Assembly (NCBI GenBank): GCA_964035545.1
Contig: OZ037772.1
Location: 5,398,233 to 5,462,232 of the forward strand
DNA from: Bugula neritina
Taxonomy: Eukaryota; Animalia; Bryozoa
Direction: 5' to 3'
DNA length: 64,000 bases
This document shows positions 35,696 to 48,601 of the stretch, one piece after another (within the stretch, counting starts at the first letter, position 1; each line of letters starts with the position of its first letter). The notes below the pieces were generated by a model. The model made no database searches, was not told the origin of the DNA, and saw nothing but the letters and a program-made list of their open reading frames with translations. The position numbers and the translations under genes were made by a program.

Positions 35696-38068
35696 TTGAA
35701 GAAAACATGACATTTGCTTACTTTTAGATTTTGTATCATCTTCATTTTCTGACAAGCTGTTGGATGTCGAGTTGATTCTAAAATGAAGCAAGCTGAGACC
35801 ATTAAATGTAGAAGTTTCGGTAATATGAGTTGAAGGTTTTGTTGTCTGATGACCAGCTGCCACTGCAGTAGAAGGAGTTTCTTGAGTCGAGTCAATCCAT
35901 ATAACTGTGACCGTGTTTGAAGGAAACTCTTGAGAATCTAAAGCAAGAGAGAGTTGCAAAATGTCTTTAGAAAGTCTAAAGCAGCTAGCTTCAGTTTACA
36001 AACATGCTGGAAGAAAAGATTCTCTTTGTCCTAAAGTGATCATGTTTGACATGCTATAGTAGGTGGGTAGCATCTTACTTATTTACCATTTTTATTGGCT
36101 CTCTTAACTCCACACCTTAAAGTTGATAGGTCAGAATGACCTTGAGTTGTGTCGAGGTCATATTCATTGCCAAGAACCACTTCTTGGCTAAGTCCAATCC
36201 AATACATCTGCACATTGTCTGGGAATAGCTCAGAGCGCATGTTGCAGTACAACTTTCTAATGATTGAGTTCTTTCTGACTTTTATTTTTGGGTTATACCT
36301 CCCAGATGGCTGGAAGTCTGGAATAAAACACGTCATTCAGTTTTTTCAACACATCAATTTGAAAAGTTTAACAATAGAGTTTTTAAAAAATAAAACTCTT
36401 TTAAACCATTTAAAATAGTACGACAGATTATTTTTTATAATTTTTAATAGGAAAACCCAACAATAACAAAAATAGCACTGTGCAATATTTGACATTATAA
36501 CTATTTTATTAACAGAATGCTGAGGCATAAAAAGTTTTATGATTATTACGATTTATAGTTGAATAACTATCAACTCCTAAGCAAATAACTTCAATATTGC
36601 ACTCACACACAGTGGGAGGAAGAGAGAGAAAGGCAGAGTCATAGATGCCTCTGGAAGAAGAATCTTTGCACGTTATATTCAAGCCTAGCCTGTGTTTCTG
36701 AGTCAGAGTATATATAAGTAGAGTCCCACCAACGTGATGCATTACATCAGGAGTTGCGATGCCTTCACTCTCAATTACTATTCAACATTATTTTTGATGA
36801 CATTTTTTTTTCGATATGTTGGCTTGATTTTAGAAATTTATCTGTAATATGTGTTAGCTACGCAGACTTGTAAAACAAGCAAGACTCACTTTTAGTATTA
36901 TGGGTATATTCGAGAACAAAATTTTGTTAAGGATTTGAACTGAATTCAATTAAAGTTTACAAAAAGTCAGCAATAATATGAAAAGACCACATCAACTTAG
37001 CTGGTTTCATTCAAATTGCTGCACATCACATGCACATCATATTTTTTCAATACTTTATGTATTAATGTTGTAGATGGTATTACCATCACTCTTAATTAAT
37101 TAAAAAAGGTGTAATAAAGTGTCCTATATATGCACTTGTTTAAACAGTATTATTTTCAAACTAATAAGTTGCTACTGATATATTTTTAATTTATAGCTTA
37201 CTAAGTGACACATGTATAGCCACCCTCAAAGCAAAACATTAGACTCTAGTTGAAGCAACTATATGCACAATAAAAAATGTAGATGTAAATACATTAAAAA
37301 ATTATATATAGGTATATGGTATAAAACAAATAACCAATTTTATCATAACAGTTTCAGACTGCATGAAATTTAGGCATTGGTTTGGCTAGTTAGAAGCTAT
37401 GTTATGTTATGAAATTACCACAAACACTATGATTACTATTCACCCTTTAACAATTATCTGCGTCTAGCTGTATTATTGGCTTGAACATTTTCATTGAAAA
37501 CATTTTATACTCACTGATGTCAGCATAAAAGTTTGACTTGTTTGCTGCCAATGGCTTACAGCTGATCTCCAGTTTTTCTCCTTCAAACAAGAAATTGCTG
37601 AAGTTTGTTGAAAGATTCAGGGCTGGTGAGTTTAGAAATTAAAAATTGTTATTATATTTTATAAAATACTTTACTAGTCACTAGCTCAATGTTTGGCAGA
37701 AGTTTTTTACTTTATAAAATGTTCTTGACACAAAGTTGCATATAATAATGTTAGTAATTATGTTAGTAAACAGTATTATTCGTACCAAGTGTGAGGTGTT
37801 TTTGTATATTTAAAAGTGTAAATATTCGTATCGCCTGTTGTATTTGCATTGCCATTAGAATCTAGAGAGATTACTTTCAAGGTTTTGCAATGAGAGTGAC
37901 ATTATGCTTTAATGAAATTCCAAAAATGTTGCAGAACAATGAGCAGAAAAGAAGACCTCTTTTTTAATTGTTTTACATTTAAGTTGACATAACACACATT
38001 GACTCTGGGTTATGTTGCCTAATCAGTCGTATGGTTACATTTTAATACAAAGTAGTTAGTACTAATTA

Positions 38069-38166
38069 GACACACACACACACACAATCACACACACACA
38101 CGCACACGCACACGCACGCACGAACGCACGCACGAACGCACGAACGCACGCATGCACGCACGCACA
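38069..38166. repeat. (CA)n/(GCAC)n compound microsatellite
   Basis: Direct inspection. Confidence 0.9.
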
Positions 38167-38877
38167 TGTAATTTTCTAATATTAGTGTATATATACCCTA
38201 TGTCTGATGAAACCTAATGCGAGTAAAAAAAATTAATGCTTTTAAATACCAATTCAGAGAATATGGTTAAATTAGCCCATTTGTTTGTTAGAAACTATAT
38301 ATACTTATAGAATGTGACATAGCAAAACATTTTAGTGCTTTAGAAGTTGAGTGTTTTATTTAGAAATTAAAGCTTTTGTCATGATAAAATGCAGCTACAT
38401 TTATATAATATACATAGAAATACAAGTATGAATACGAATAATAATATATTCCTTTTCTTATTCATATTCATATATGAATATGAATAAGAAACTAAACATA
38501 AATATACAGCAAATATATATATCAGCATAAGTATAAATATAAATATTCAGAAGCAAGGTTAAACTTTGTATATAAATTTAACTAATGATAATGATGCTTT
38601 TAGACATTATTGCATAAATATTGGAAACTTTCAAGTATATATTTTATTCATCATCTGCCTGGTTCTATCAATAAAATATCTGACCTTTTCTGTGTTTCAA
38701 AAGAATAAAGCACGTGCATTAGCGACAGTTTAACTCTATGATAAAGATTGAAGCAATAGTAAATTAAAAGCTCAGTATCATTAATTTTAATTTTTTAAAG
38801 TTACATTTGAAGCCAATTTTTCTAAGCCAATTTTTTATAAATAAATAAAGGTGTTCTGACTGTATAAAAAGTGTTTT

Positions 38878-41484
38878 TCAAGTAAGTTGTATCAGTATCT
38901 CCAGTCCATGAATCTCTAACTCATAGATATTGAGCACGTCATTTACTCCTACAGCTGTTACTCTCACGTATCTACCATACATTCTAGTACGACATGTAGC
39001 CAAAAATATATCTGCAGGTGGTCGTCCAGGAAGGTAGTCACAGATCTCATTTTCTGGTGGATCATCAAAGTTAGCGTCAGTTTCACCAACTGTTACTCTC
39101 ACGTTTGCCAATCGTTCAATAGCAGCTGTAAAAAGATTATTTTAGTTTCCATAACTCTAAGTTTCTTAGATCTGCTGGAATAAAAATTTTTCTAGATTTA
39201 CGATATAGTATTTTTATATACTGTCTAAGTGCAGCCTTTCATTAATTAAATATTAATTCAAATCATCTTATAAAAGTTAGCAAAAAGTACATCTTAATTA
39301 TGACAAAAAGGAGCTTCACAATCTTCACTCCTAGATTCTGTATTAATGACAAATTTGCTAGCTGTAGTTGTATTAGTCTAAAGATAGGTTTTGAGTAGTT
39401 CAGTTGGAAGAATACATGCAAGTAAATTTGCAAATAAAACTTTGAATTGAGTTTGTTGGAAAATATACTCGAAATAAACTTAATTCAAATCATTGGGCCT
39501 CCCAAGTGCATCTGTACGGTCCTCATGTCATGTGTCATATGTCATGTGTCATATGTCATGTGACATATGTCATGTGTCATATGTCATGTGTCATATGTCA
39601 TGTGACATATGTCATGTGTCATATGTCACGTGTCAGAGATGATGTGTCATATGTCATGTGTCATATGTCATGTGTCATATGTCATATGTCATGTGTCAGA
39701 GATGATGTGTCATATGTCATGTGTCATATGTCATGTGTCAGAGATGATGTGTCATATGCCATGTGTCATATGTCATGTGTCAGAGATGATGTGCAATATA
39801 TGTGACATGCATTCTAGTGGCTATATGTGACGAATATCACTTGCAACATGACATGTTCTACAAGTATTTTGTGGCCATTCACAAAACTATTTTTTTTAAG
39901 AATACAATGTTTTTTCAATTTACTGCAATATAGATGTTTAGATTACTAGTTGATGTTTATATTTTATATATACGTCATTTGCCACTAGAAAGACAATTGT
40001 TTTTTTAAATTATATAATCATTTCTTTTTCAAATTTAAAAGACCTTGAGTTGAAGTTTCTGATCTGTTCCAGATTTTGACACCATAAACAAAGTGCTTAG
40101 TGAGAAGATCAATCTGTATCCATGGAGACCGTTCCCATTTTGTGTGGGCAAGGCTATTGTCCTCAGGTATGTTCCACTGAGAAGGAAGATAAATTCCATC
40201 AATGGCATGATCACCAGCGTACTTTGAGTGTGTTGAGGATAACTTGGCAAACTTTCCTGCCAAAAAACATAGCACGATGACAAAATACTTTCCATAATTT
40301 TAAAACATTCTAATTTTTTTTGAAACAAGTTTTTACACTTACTGAAAAGCTTTAGTTTTAAAATTCATTATATTTTGATGTCGATAACTACTTATAAAAA
40401 ACATATAATTGAAGTCGACCATGCTTATATAACTGAACTCATTTAGATTTTCAAGTAGCACAAATACTGTTAAACTTTTTAGTCGCCTCACAATATTTTG
40501 TGCCTTGGGTCACCAATTCTTTTTTAAATTTACATAGTAAATAATTTCGAAAGCCTCTTACAGTTTTCCAGTTGTAAGGATACAACATATCTCGTACCTC
40601 TTGTGAGTGAAGTTGAGAATGCATAAACCTGAATGTCTTCAAAGTGAATCCGTTTGACAGATGTTTGTTTCTCAATGTCAATTGAGTTGTCAATTACTGT
40701 CGGTGTTTCTGACATCTTGCAGGTGCTCGTGACTTCATCATATGACACAGCAGCACATGATTGGTTGACTGCACAAACAGACAGACAGTGTTTGTGAGTG
40801 GGAAGGTATTTTACGTTGTGTGTCTCCAAGATAGAAGAGTAGTTTTGGTTGGTGTACACACCTGTTGCTAAAACATGTGTGACATGTGATATCCAATATG
40901 CACACTTTTTTTAAGATTTAGACTCAAGCAGACAGAAGGTTCAAGTATATCAAGTATCTTATGATAACAATATTTCAAACACTGTATGTATACAATTCAA
41001 CCCAATATATAGTTTCCAAAAGTATTTTATCTCACTTTAATGTTTGTAATAAAGATCCGCTATTTATACATATAAAACTGTATGACCAGAAAAAATTATT
41101 ATATTATTTATTTTGTAGCTATCTAAATTTGCCCCAGAAAGGAGGGATTGTATGTTTAAAATAAGAAATATGCAATGTATGCATACAAAACAAATCCTTG
41201 AACTCAGTTGTCTAGGAGCACCAACTTAAGAATGTTTAATTGAAATCTATTTAATTCTTGCTGCGCAAGCTTTGAGAGTTTTAAAAAAAACTTTGATACA
41301 GCTAGTCATGCACAGGTGACAATCTGCTAAATACACATGTATACAGTTTTCAAATATAAATCTTATCTATTTTTCAAAAGTTTACTTTACATTCCATGAT
41401 ATATTAAACAAACTTACAGCATGAGCAGTCCACCTGAACGACTACAGAAAATAAAACTAGAATTACATTTGTCCGAACCATCAT
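38878..41484 (-). CDS. Secreted PAN/apple + F-type lectin, paralogue D (intact, ~265 aa)
   Basis: Exons 41484-41418 (MMVRTNVILVLFSVVVQVDCSC), 40867-40598, 40256-40044, 39125-38878; total 798 nt in frame. Confidence 0.88.
39525..39810. repeat. (ATGTCAT/GTGTCAT)n minisatellite in lectin intron 3; degenerate homologues at ~10080-10290 and ~45900-46080
   Basis: Direct inspection; same intron position in copies B, D and E. Confidence 0.85.
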
Positions 41485-42056
41485 TGTGTAGCTCTAGTGA
41501 TGATATGGCAACTGCATGGTACATCTGCTCACTATGAAGTATAAACAGATTTGTAACACAGCTGCTATAGTTAGTTCAATGACGTTAATATTTTATAGAT
41601 AATTTTTAAACTAGATTCAGTGGTTGCCAAAACATGCTTAAAATCAATAGTAGGGTGATTGAAAACATTCACACTGTAACAGTAACAAATGGAGTGATAT
41701 TTTGACAAAACTTATAAGACTTTATCAATTACTGATGAGACTGTCGTTTATTATGATTCTCAATTGGCCATTTGATAACCCAAGGCTGATTTATAAACCA
41801 ATAAAATAGAAACTGTTTCAAACCAAACAAATTGCATGTCTCCCTGGGATATACATTGAAGCATCGGAGAGCAAGCAATCTTTGTTTGAAAAAAAAAACC
41901 AATAACTTGTTTTCTAATATTATTAAAAATAAGTCAACATTTTATTGAATATAAAATTGTGCAGTGTAGCAACTAACATATCTTTGCACTAGATGACATT
42001 GCCTTGCACTCATTGTGATAAATGCATTAACTGCTGGTCTAAGTGCAATCTACTTG

Positions 42057-42191
<135 letters not shown>

Positions 42192-42236
42192 TATATATAT
42201 ATAAAAGTAATGAACGATAAAATTTGGTTTAAAACA

Positions 42237-42289
42237 CTTTATTACTACTAGTTTCATGTGCATTGAATGTACACAATCTTCAGATAAAA
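42237..42289 (-). ncRNA. Degenerate minimal hammerhead motif (same family as 23870)
   Basis: TTTTAT-CTGAAGA-TTGTGTA cattcaa TGCACAT-GAA-ACTA G TAGT-A-ATAAAG; the first stem II pair is U.U instead of R-Y. Confidence 0.5.
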
Positions 42290-42296
42290 TGTTAAG

Positions 42297-42388
<92 letters not shown>

Positions 42389-42393
42389 CTCAA

Positions 42394-42440
42394 TCTGTGG
42401 ACAGCAGCTGTCTCGGGGTTTGTCCCCTCATCAGCACAGA
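42394..42440 (-). ncRNA. Hammerhead ribozyme copy with core mutation (GAAA to GAGA), likely inactive
   Basis: TCTGTG-CTGATGA-GGGG acaaa CCCC-GAGA-CAGC T GCTG-TC-CACAGA. Confidence 0.75.
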
Positions 42441-42665
42441 ACAGAGTACCATGGCCCACACCTTGGCAATAGTAGAAACTTATGTTTCTACTAAAGCATA
42501 TTTAAAAGGTGTGTAAACTCAAGCCAGAGAACTCAAGTGACTCTAGGGGTCACCTAGGAATCACGAGCCTTGCAAAATGCTAGCAGCTTGAGTTTGTGAC
42601 CATGGTGAGAGAGCTCAATCACTGAATGTCATTGCTGAGCATTAAGTGAGAGCATAATACCTCAA

Positions 42666-42712
42666 TCTGTGGACAGCAGCTGTTTCGGGGTTTGTCCCCT
42701 CATCAGCACAGA
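42666..42712 (-). ncRNA. Type I minimal hammerhead ribozyme (intact core)
   Basis: TCTGTG-CTGATGA-GGGG acaaa CCCC-GAAA-CAGC T GCTG-TC^CACAGA: 6-bp stem I, 4-bp stem II, palindromic stem III, GUC cleavage triplet. Confidence 0.88.
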
Positions 42713-42937
42713 ACAGAGTACCATGGCCCACACCTTGGCAATAGTAGAAACTTATGTTTCTACTAAAGCATATTTAAAAGGTGTGTAAACTCAAGCCAGA
42801 GAACTCAAGTGACTCTAGGGGTCACCTAGGAATCACGAGCCTTGCAAAATGCTAGGAGCTTGAGTTTGTGACCATGGTGAGAGAGCTCAATCACTGAATG
42901 TCATTGCTGAGCATTAAGTGAGAGCATAATACCTCAA

Positions 42938-42984
42938 TCTGTGGACAGCAGCTGTTTCGGGGTTTGTCCCCTCATCAGCACAGA
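42938..42984 (-). ncRNA. Type I minimal hammerhead ribozyme (intact core)
   Basis: Identical to 42666-42712. Confidence 0.88.
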
Positions 42985-43436
42985 ACAGAGTACCATGGCC
43001 CACACCTTGGCAATAGTAGAAACTTATGTTTCTACTAAAGCATATTTAAAAGGTGTGTAAACTCAAGCCATATATATATGTGTGTGAGTAATTATTATGA
43101 TAAACAATATATTACTCATAACTGTTTTATATTCTGTCATTAGATGAAAAATAGTATTGTTGAGATAAAAATTGAATGTTTTGCTTCTAATCAAATAATA
43201 ACAGGAATTGCTGCATAGAAGCTAAGTATCTTATCTGAGTAAACTAGCTATACACATTGTACTTCAAACCTGAAATTGCTAGTGAAAAATAAATGAAAAA
43301 TATACTACGCCTTCTGAGATGAATGCTGTCCTATCCTACTATATACTGTGTTTACTTTACTATACAACACTAAACTGCACTAGGCCATACTCCGCTACAC
43401 TAAACTATGTTATACGATAATAATTATGTGTAGCTA

Positions 43437-43582
43437 TGCATTGCACTGCATTGCACTGCACTGCACCGCACCGCACCGCACCGCACCGCACCGCACCGCA
43501 CCGCACCGCACCGCACCGCACCGCACCGCACCGCACCGCACCGCACCGCACCGCACCGCACCGCACTGCACCGCACTGCACT
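43437..43582. repeat. (GCACC/GCACT)n pentanucleotide repeat
   Basis: Direct inspection; a degenerate (CTATA/CTACA)n counterpart lies at ~49280-49880. Confidence 0.93.
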
Positions 43583-45038
43583 ATACCATACTGTAATACA
43601 TACTGCACCATGCTAGAATTATGCTGTTGTAAATTGAGTAAACTACCTGACAAACATCATGTCCTAACCAACTGCCCTGTGAAAGTGTTGCTGTAATTGC
43701 TTATCTGACAAAAAATGAGTCAGCCACCAACAAGTTGGTCTGAATGCATTAGCCGTTAGATCCTAAACCTTTTCTTCAATAAGTCATTAGTGTTGCCGTG
43801 TTGTTGTGATTCTTATATATATTAAAATTTTGTCCGCTTTGTTTATAGTCAAAGAGTTCTGCTTTGCAATATTATCAAATGCCTTAGAACATCCGATGAC
43901 TCAAAATGTTTCTATGCAACCACTTGATGGCGAGACTGCATACGTTATAGCAAAACCATAAAGTAATTTGATATAACATATGTCACCAAAGTCATATACA
44001 TGTAGAGAAAGCTCCAAATATTTTCTAGCACTGATTTACCAGTTGTAAGTTGAAAATATTTCAGTCAAGCTAGTAGTCAGTCAACATTATTTATGAAGAC
44101 TTCAGGGAAAGAGAGTAACAGAAATCCATTTGTCTTGCAAAATTATTTTAATGCTAACCATAAAAATGACAAAAAAAATCAACTATCTATTATTAAAGCA
44201 GTTCTGGCTCTTGCACTGGCCTCTTTATTTAATGCTAGGTAGATGTCAGAACTTATATTATTTGATGTGTTTTTGAAATACACATTTATTTAATAACTCT
44301 TTTGACTAAATAACATAAGGGAAGCTGCTAATGCCAGCAACGCGTTACTGTTTTAACTTATAACTAAAAGTTTTCTAAATAAAAAGTTGCAGTTATAAAG
44401 GTGAAGTGATTATTTAAATTAAAAGCAAAAACTTACAAAGAAAGTTTACCAATCAGCATGACACCTTTACTTGTTCTTCAATAACAAAAAATCAGTGAAC
44501 CTCAATAACCTCTGACCTAATAAATTCAATCTGGTCACACTGGAACAGAAATTTATCTTCATCTTGTTATTTACAAGCTAAAAGCTTTTTGTGCACTCAA
44601 AGCAGGTTTTCAGAGTTGAAAAGCATATTGCTGATAAAGAAGCAGTTGCTGCATTATTTACATTACAAAGAGCATTTGAAATGGAAAATAATTATTTTTC
44701 TACATTCAAAGTTATGAGTATTTTTTATGACAGAGAAACAGGTTAACTGATAACTGGTAACAAACTTTAAAACAATATTTAAACTGGAACTTTGCAAATG
44801 TTAGAAAGGTTAAAAACCAGAAGTAGAGACTTTAGTCTTTAATTCTTCATTTTTCTGCGATTAAAGTATGTACTTCAAAGATTTGTTCAGCATTTGGTCA
44901 ATTCTAACAGTGACAAGCTTTATCCCTTGAATTCGCCTAACAGAAAAGTTTAATAGCTTATCTTCCAAAGCAGCTCCATCTAACATAAAACAGTAAATAT
45001 CCTGTTTTACATAGCTGTAAAAAGCATTGTCGATAAAT

Positions 45039-47602
45039 TCATTCCAATAATTCGAGTCCATGAACTTCAAGCTCATAGATATTTAGGTTGGTATTCACTT
45101 CTACAGCTGTTACTCTCACATATCTACCATACATTCTAGTATGACATGTAACCAGAAATATACCTGCAGGTGGTTGTCCAGGAAGGTAGTCACAGATCTC
45201 ATCTTCTGGTGGATTATCAAAGTTAGTGTCAGTTTCACCAACTGCTACTCTCACATTGGCCAGTCTGTCATTGACCGCTGTAAAATAATTTATTCTTTTC
45301 ATAAATTCTTATTAAACAACCAGAGTAAACTGTTGGCTGTATGCTGTTTTATATTGCTTTAATGCAGAAATATGATATGACTATTCATCTAGATAACTTG
45401 GTAGCATGCTGGAATAAAGTGTATTAGCGCTACAGACTTTTCGCTTGCCACAAACCTTTTTATGATTTCCATTTTATAAGTATTTATTTATTTCAATCGA
45501 CTTTGCGTTGCAATGGCACAGGTTATAGTAATGGCACAGGCAACAATTTGACACAGGTAACAATCGCAAGGTGACAATAGGACAGATAATAATGGCACAG
45601 GTGATAATAGCACAGGCAACAATGACACAGGTAATGTGGGTAAGGCGACAATTGAACAGGTTTTAATTGAACAGTTAACAATGACATGGATAACAATGAC
45701 AGAGGTAACAATAGGAAGGTTACAATGGCACAGATAGTAATGGCACATGTGATAAAAGCACAAATGGAAAAGTAGGTAAACCTATAACAGTGCCACTTTC
45801 ACCTGTGCCATAATCGCCTGTGCCAATATTGCCTGGCAGCAGCTCAATCAAAGCCTGCAGCGGCCTTCACATATGAAAATCGGCTAATATTCTGTGTGTT
45901 GCCATAAGTGAAATGTGCTATATATGTAGCATGCAATACATGCTATGTATATGTGTAATAGACATTGTGACACGGGTGACATGTGTCATATATGTCACAT
46001 GTCACTACACCGGATTATGTGACATATGTCATTATAAGTGACAGATCTCACATATGTAACATGTAATACTTGTGCCATGAATATAGTGAGTCAAGTAAAA
46101 ACACATTTTGCCAATCATGAGACTTGTTCTCGCACTAACAATTTTTTCTCAAATAATAACAATCAGACGATCTCATGGTTTCTAGTTCTACTAAACTGAA
46201 TGTTCATACAATTTACCCGAATTTGCATGTTCAGATCTATCCCAGATTTTGACACCATACACAAAGTGATTAGTGAAAAGATCAATTTGTATCCATGGAG
46301 ACAACTCTTTATCTGTGTGCGCAACGCTCTCTCTCTCTCTCAAGCATGCCTATAGCCAAGAAGGCACATAAATTCCACCAATAGCGCTGTTACCAGAGAA
46401 TGACTTATACTGTGAAGATAGCCTGACAGAGTTCCCTGTAATAAATAGTTCCTGTCACTCTAATTTTCAAAAAAACAGTTGTACTACGTCAGCCTATTTG
46501 CTTGCTGGGTAATCTCAATATCGTTTCATATCTATTCAAAAACACAGTTTATAATGTGTGACTGAATTCAAATATATTTATAAATACACATTCAAATATT
46601 GCAGACAAGAGAGCATATTAAAGATGTTCATTTTTTTCCGAACGTGTTGCCTTTGGTCTTGTTACATATTTCAAACTTATACATTAAAATTTTTTGTAGG
46701 AAAACTGTTGCAAATTACTATTCATGTAAAGTTGTGTCTCTTACCTCTAGCAAGCAACGCTGAGAACTCATATACATCAATTTTATCCGAGTGAATCAGT
46801 TTGACAGATGCTGTTTCCTCAGTGTCAGTTGAGTTGTCAATCACACTGGGTGTTTCTGACATCTCGCAGGTGCTTGTAACTCTATCATATGACACAGCAG
46901 CACATGATTGGTTGATAGCACAAACAGCCAAACAGTGCCTGTGAGTGGGAAGGTATTTTATGTTGTGTGTCTCCAAGATGGATGAATAGTTTTGGTTGGT
47001 GTACACATCAATTGCTGGAACAAGCAAAACATACAGTATAGTGTCCACCAAACACACTTTCCCAAAAAAACATGTTTAAACAGACATAATATATAATGAC
47101 ACGCAGTATAGCCCTATTTAAAGCACTGTACGTTTGTAGAAAATTTTGATTTATTCTTAAACAATTAATTCGTATCACTTTTCGGGTCTACAATAGATTA
47201 GATATAATAATTTTGTACAATAATGCGGATTTTATGACATTGTTATCATTGATTGTTTGAAAATGTACATACATTGAGAATATAAAAAACACATCAGACA
47301 CAAAAAATTAAGCAGTGCCTGCATTTTGTTATACTTAGAATAACCATACAAGTTATATATATATATATAAGTTCAATTACTCCTAACAGAAGTTCTTTAA
47401 GATGTTTTCCAACACGTTTTACAATGCAGTTAATTATACAGAGAATAGTCTGGTAAAGGTCAAGGGTAGTTTAAGAATGGAAAACTTATTTTTGGTTAAT
47501 TTTTGAGAAAAGAGACATAATAGATGAAACAAACTTACAGCATGAACAGTCAGCCTGAACAACTAAAAGAAATAAAACCGTAATAACATTTATCCACACC
47601 AT
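45039..47602 (-). pseudogene. PAN/apple + F-type lectin paralogue E with in-frame TAG in exon 3
   Basis: Exons 47602-47539, 47014-46745, 46435-46217 (AIGGIYVPSWL*ACLRERESVAHT; TAG at 46352-46350), 45277-45039. Confidence 0.8.
45510..45837. repeat. GGCACAGG-subrepeat element with inverted right end (possible small foldback/MITE)
   Basis: Multiple ~15-bp TGGCACAGG-containing units on the left and CCTGTGCCA units at 45802-45825. Confidence 0.5.
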
Positions 47603-48517
47603 ATTGTGTATATCTTTAGTAATAGTATGTCAATGTACAGCTACTGACTACAGAACATGAAAACAAATTTGTAACTCAGTTGCGCATAGTGGGCTCAATA
47701 ACATTATTAATTAGTTGAAGAAATTATGCAATTGCCAAGTTGTGTTTAGAAATCAATAACAGAGTTTTTGAAATGAAATGAAAATGAAAGAGCTGTGTGT
47801 ATTGGTTGTTATTTTGTGAGAATTCCACAGGGTATCAATAAAAACACATGAAGCTGATATTCATCAGAAAATCAAATAAAAGATGTTTTAAAACAATCTA
47901 AACCAACCAAACAAATTTTTTTTAAACAACACCAACTGTCCCCAAGAGCAGAATAGAATCAATAGATAACATGCTACAGCTAGTTTACAATCAATAATCT
48001 GAATATAAACTAAATCATGCCGTATAGCTATAGTATATCTAACCATCTGTAAACTACAATAACCTAGCTTTCACCTAAAATGCTTCAATGATCACAACTG
48101 AAACAAACATAAAACTTGTCCTTGTTGTTTACAAGCCAATATATTCTTCTTTTCATTCAAAGCAAGTTTTTTAGGCTTTCTATATACATATTACGCTAGT
48201 TGTTAAATTTATTTACCAATTGAGCATATAAAATTGAAAATAGTGTAAACATCTCTCAGAATTAGGATAAATACAATCAATAGATGACAAGCTGACACGG
48301 TTTTAGAATCAGCAGTCCAACTAAACCTTTATAGCATGTCATATAACTACTAGTAATTTTAAGCAATCTGGGAACCTCAATGAATTTTGACTTGATAGTT
48401 TTCATAACGTTACACACTGAAACAAACCTGAAACTTGCTCATTAAATTTATGAAAAGGCTATAATTGCCTGTTTTATATTTAGCAAAAAATCTTCTGTCC
48501 TTAACGACTGCATATAT

Positions 48518-48601
<84 letters not shown>

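Larger units (their letters stand above)
42386..43070 (-). mobile_element. Retrozyme / Penelope-like tandem repeat (272-bp unit x 2.5), each unit with a hammerhead ribozyme
   Basis: Units start at 42386, 42658 and 42930 (272-bp period, near-identical); embedded in (TA)n; absent from the paralogous region at ~48925-48960. Confidence 0.85.

Noticed and set aside
37672-38195. Helitron/Helentron-like non-autonomous element (also ~26175-26540)
   Set aside because: Only vague terminal and microsatellite cues; boundaries cannot be supported by eye
38204-38230. CTGATGA motifs at ~38204, ~12002, ~41732 and ~48998, and CTGACGA at ~12604, as hammerheads
   Set aside because: No correctly placed GAAA or pairing stems
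39506-39830. Cys/His-rich ORFs (also 10140-10412, 43405-43696, 45488-45763, 49336-49632)
   Set aside because: Products of simple repeats, not metallothionein or zinc-finger genes
42386-43070. CRISPR-like array
   Set aside because: Whole 272-bp units repeat with no unique spacers; eukaryotic context; explained as a hammerhead repeat
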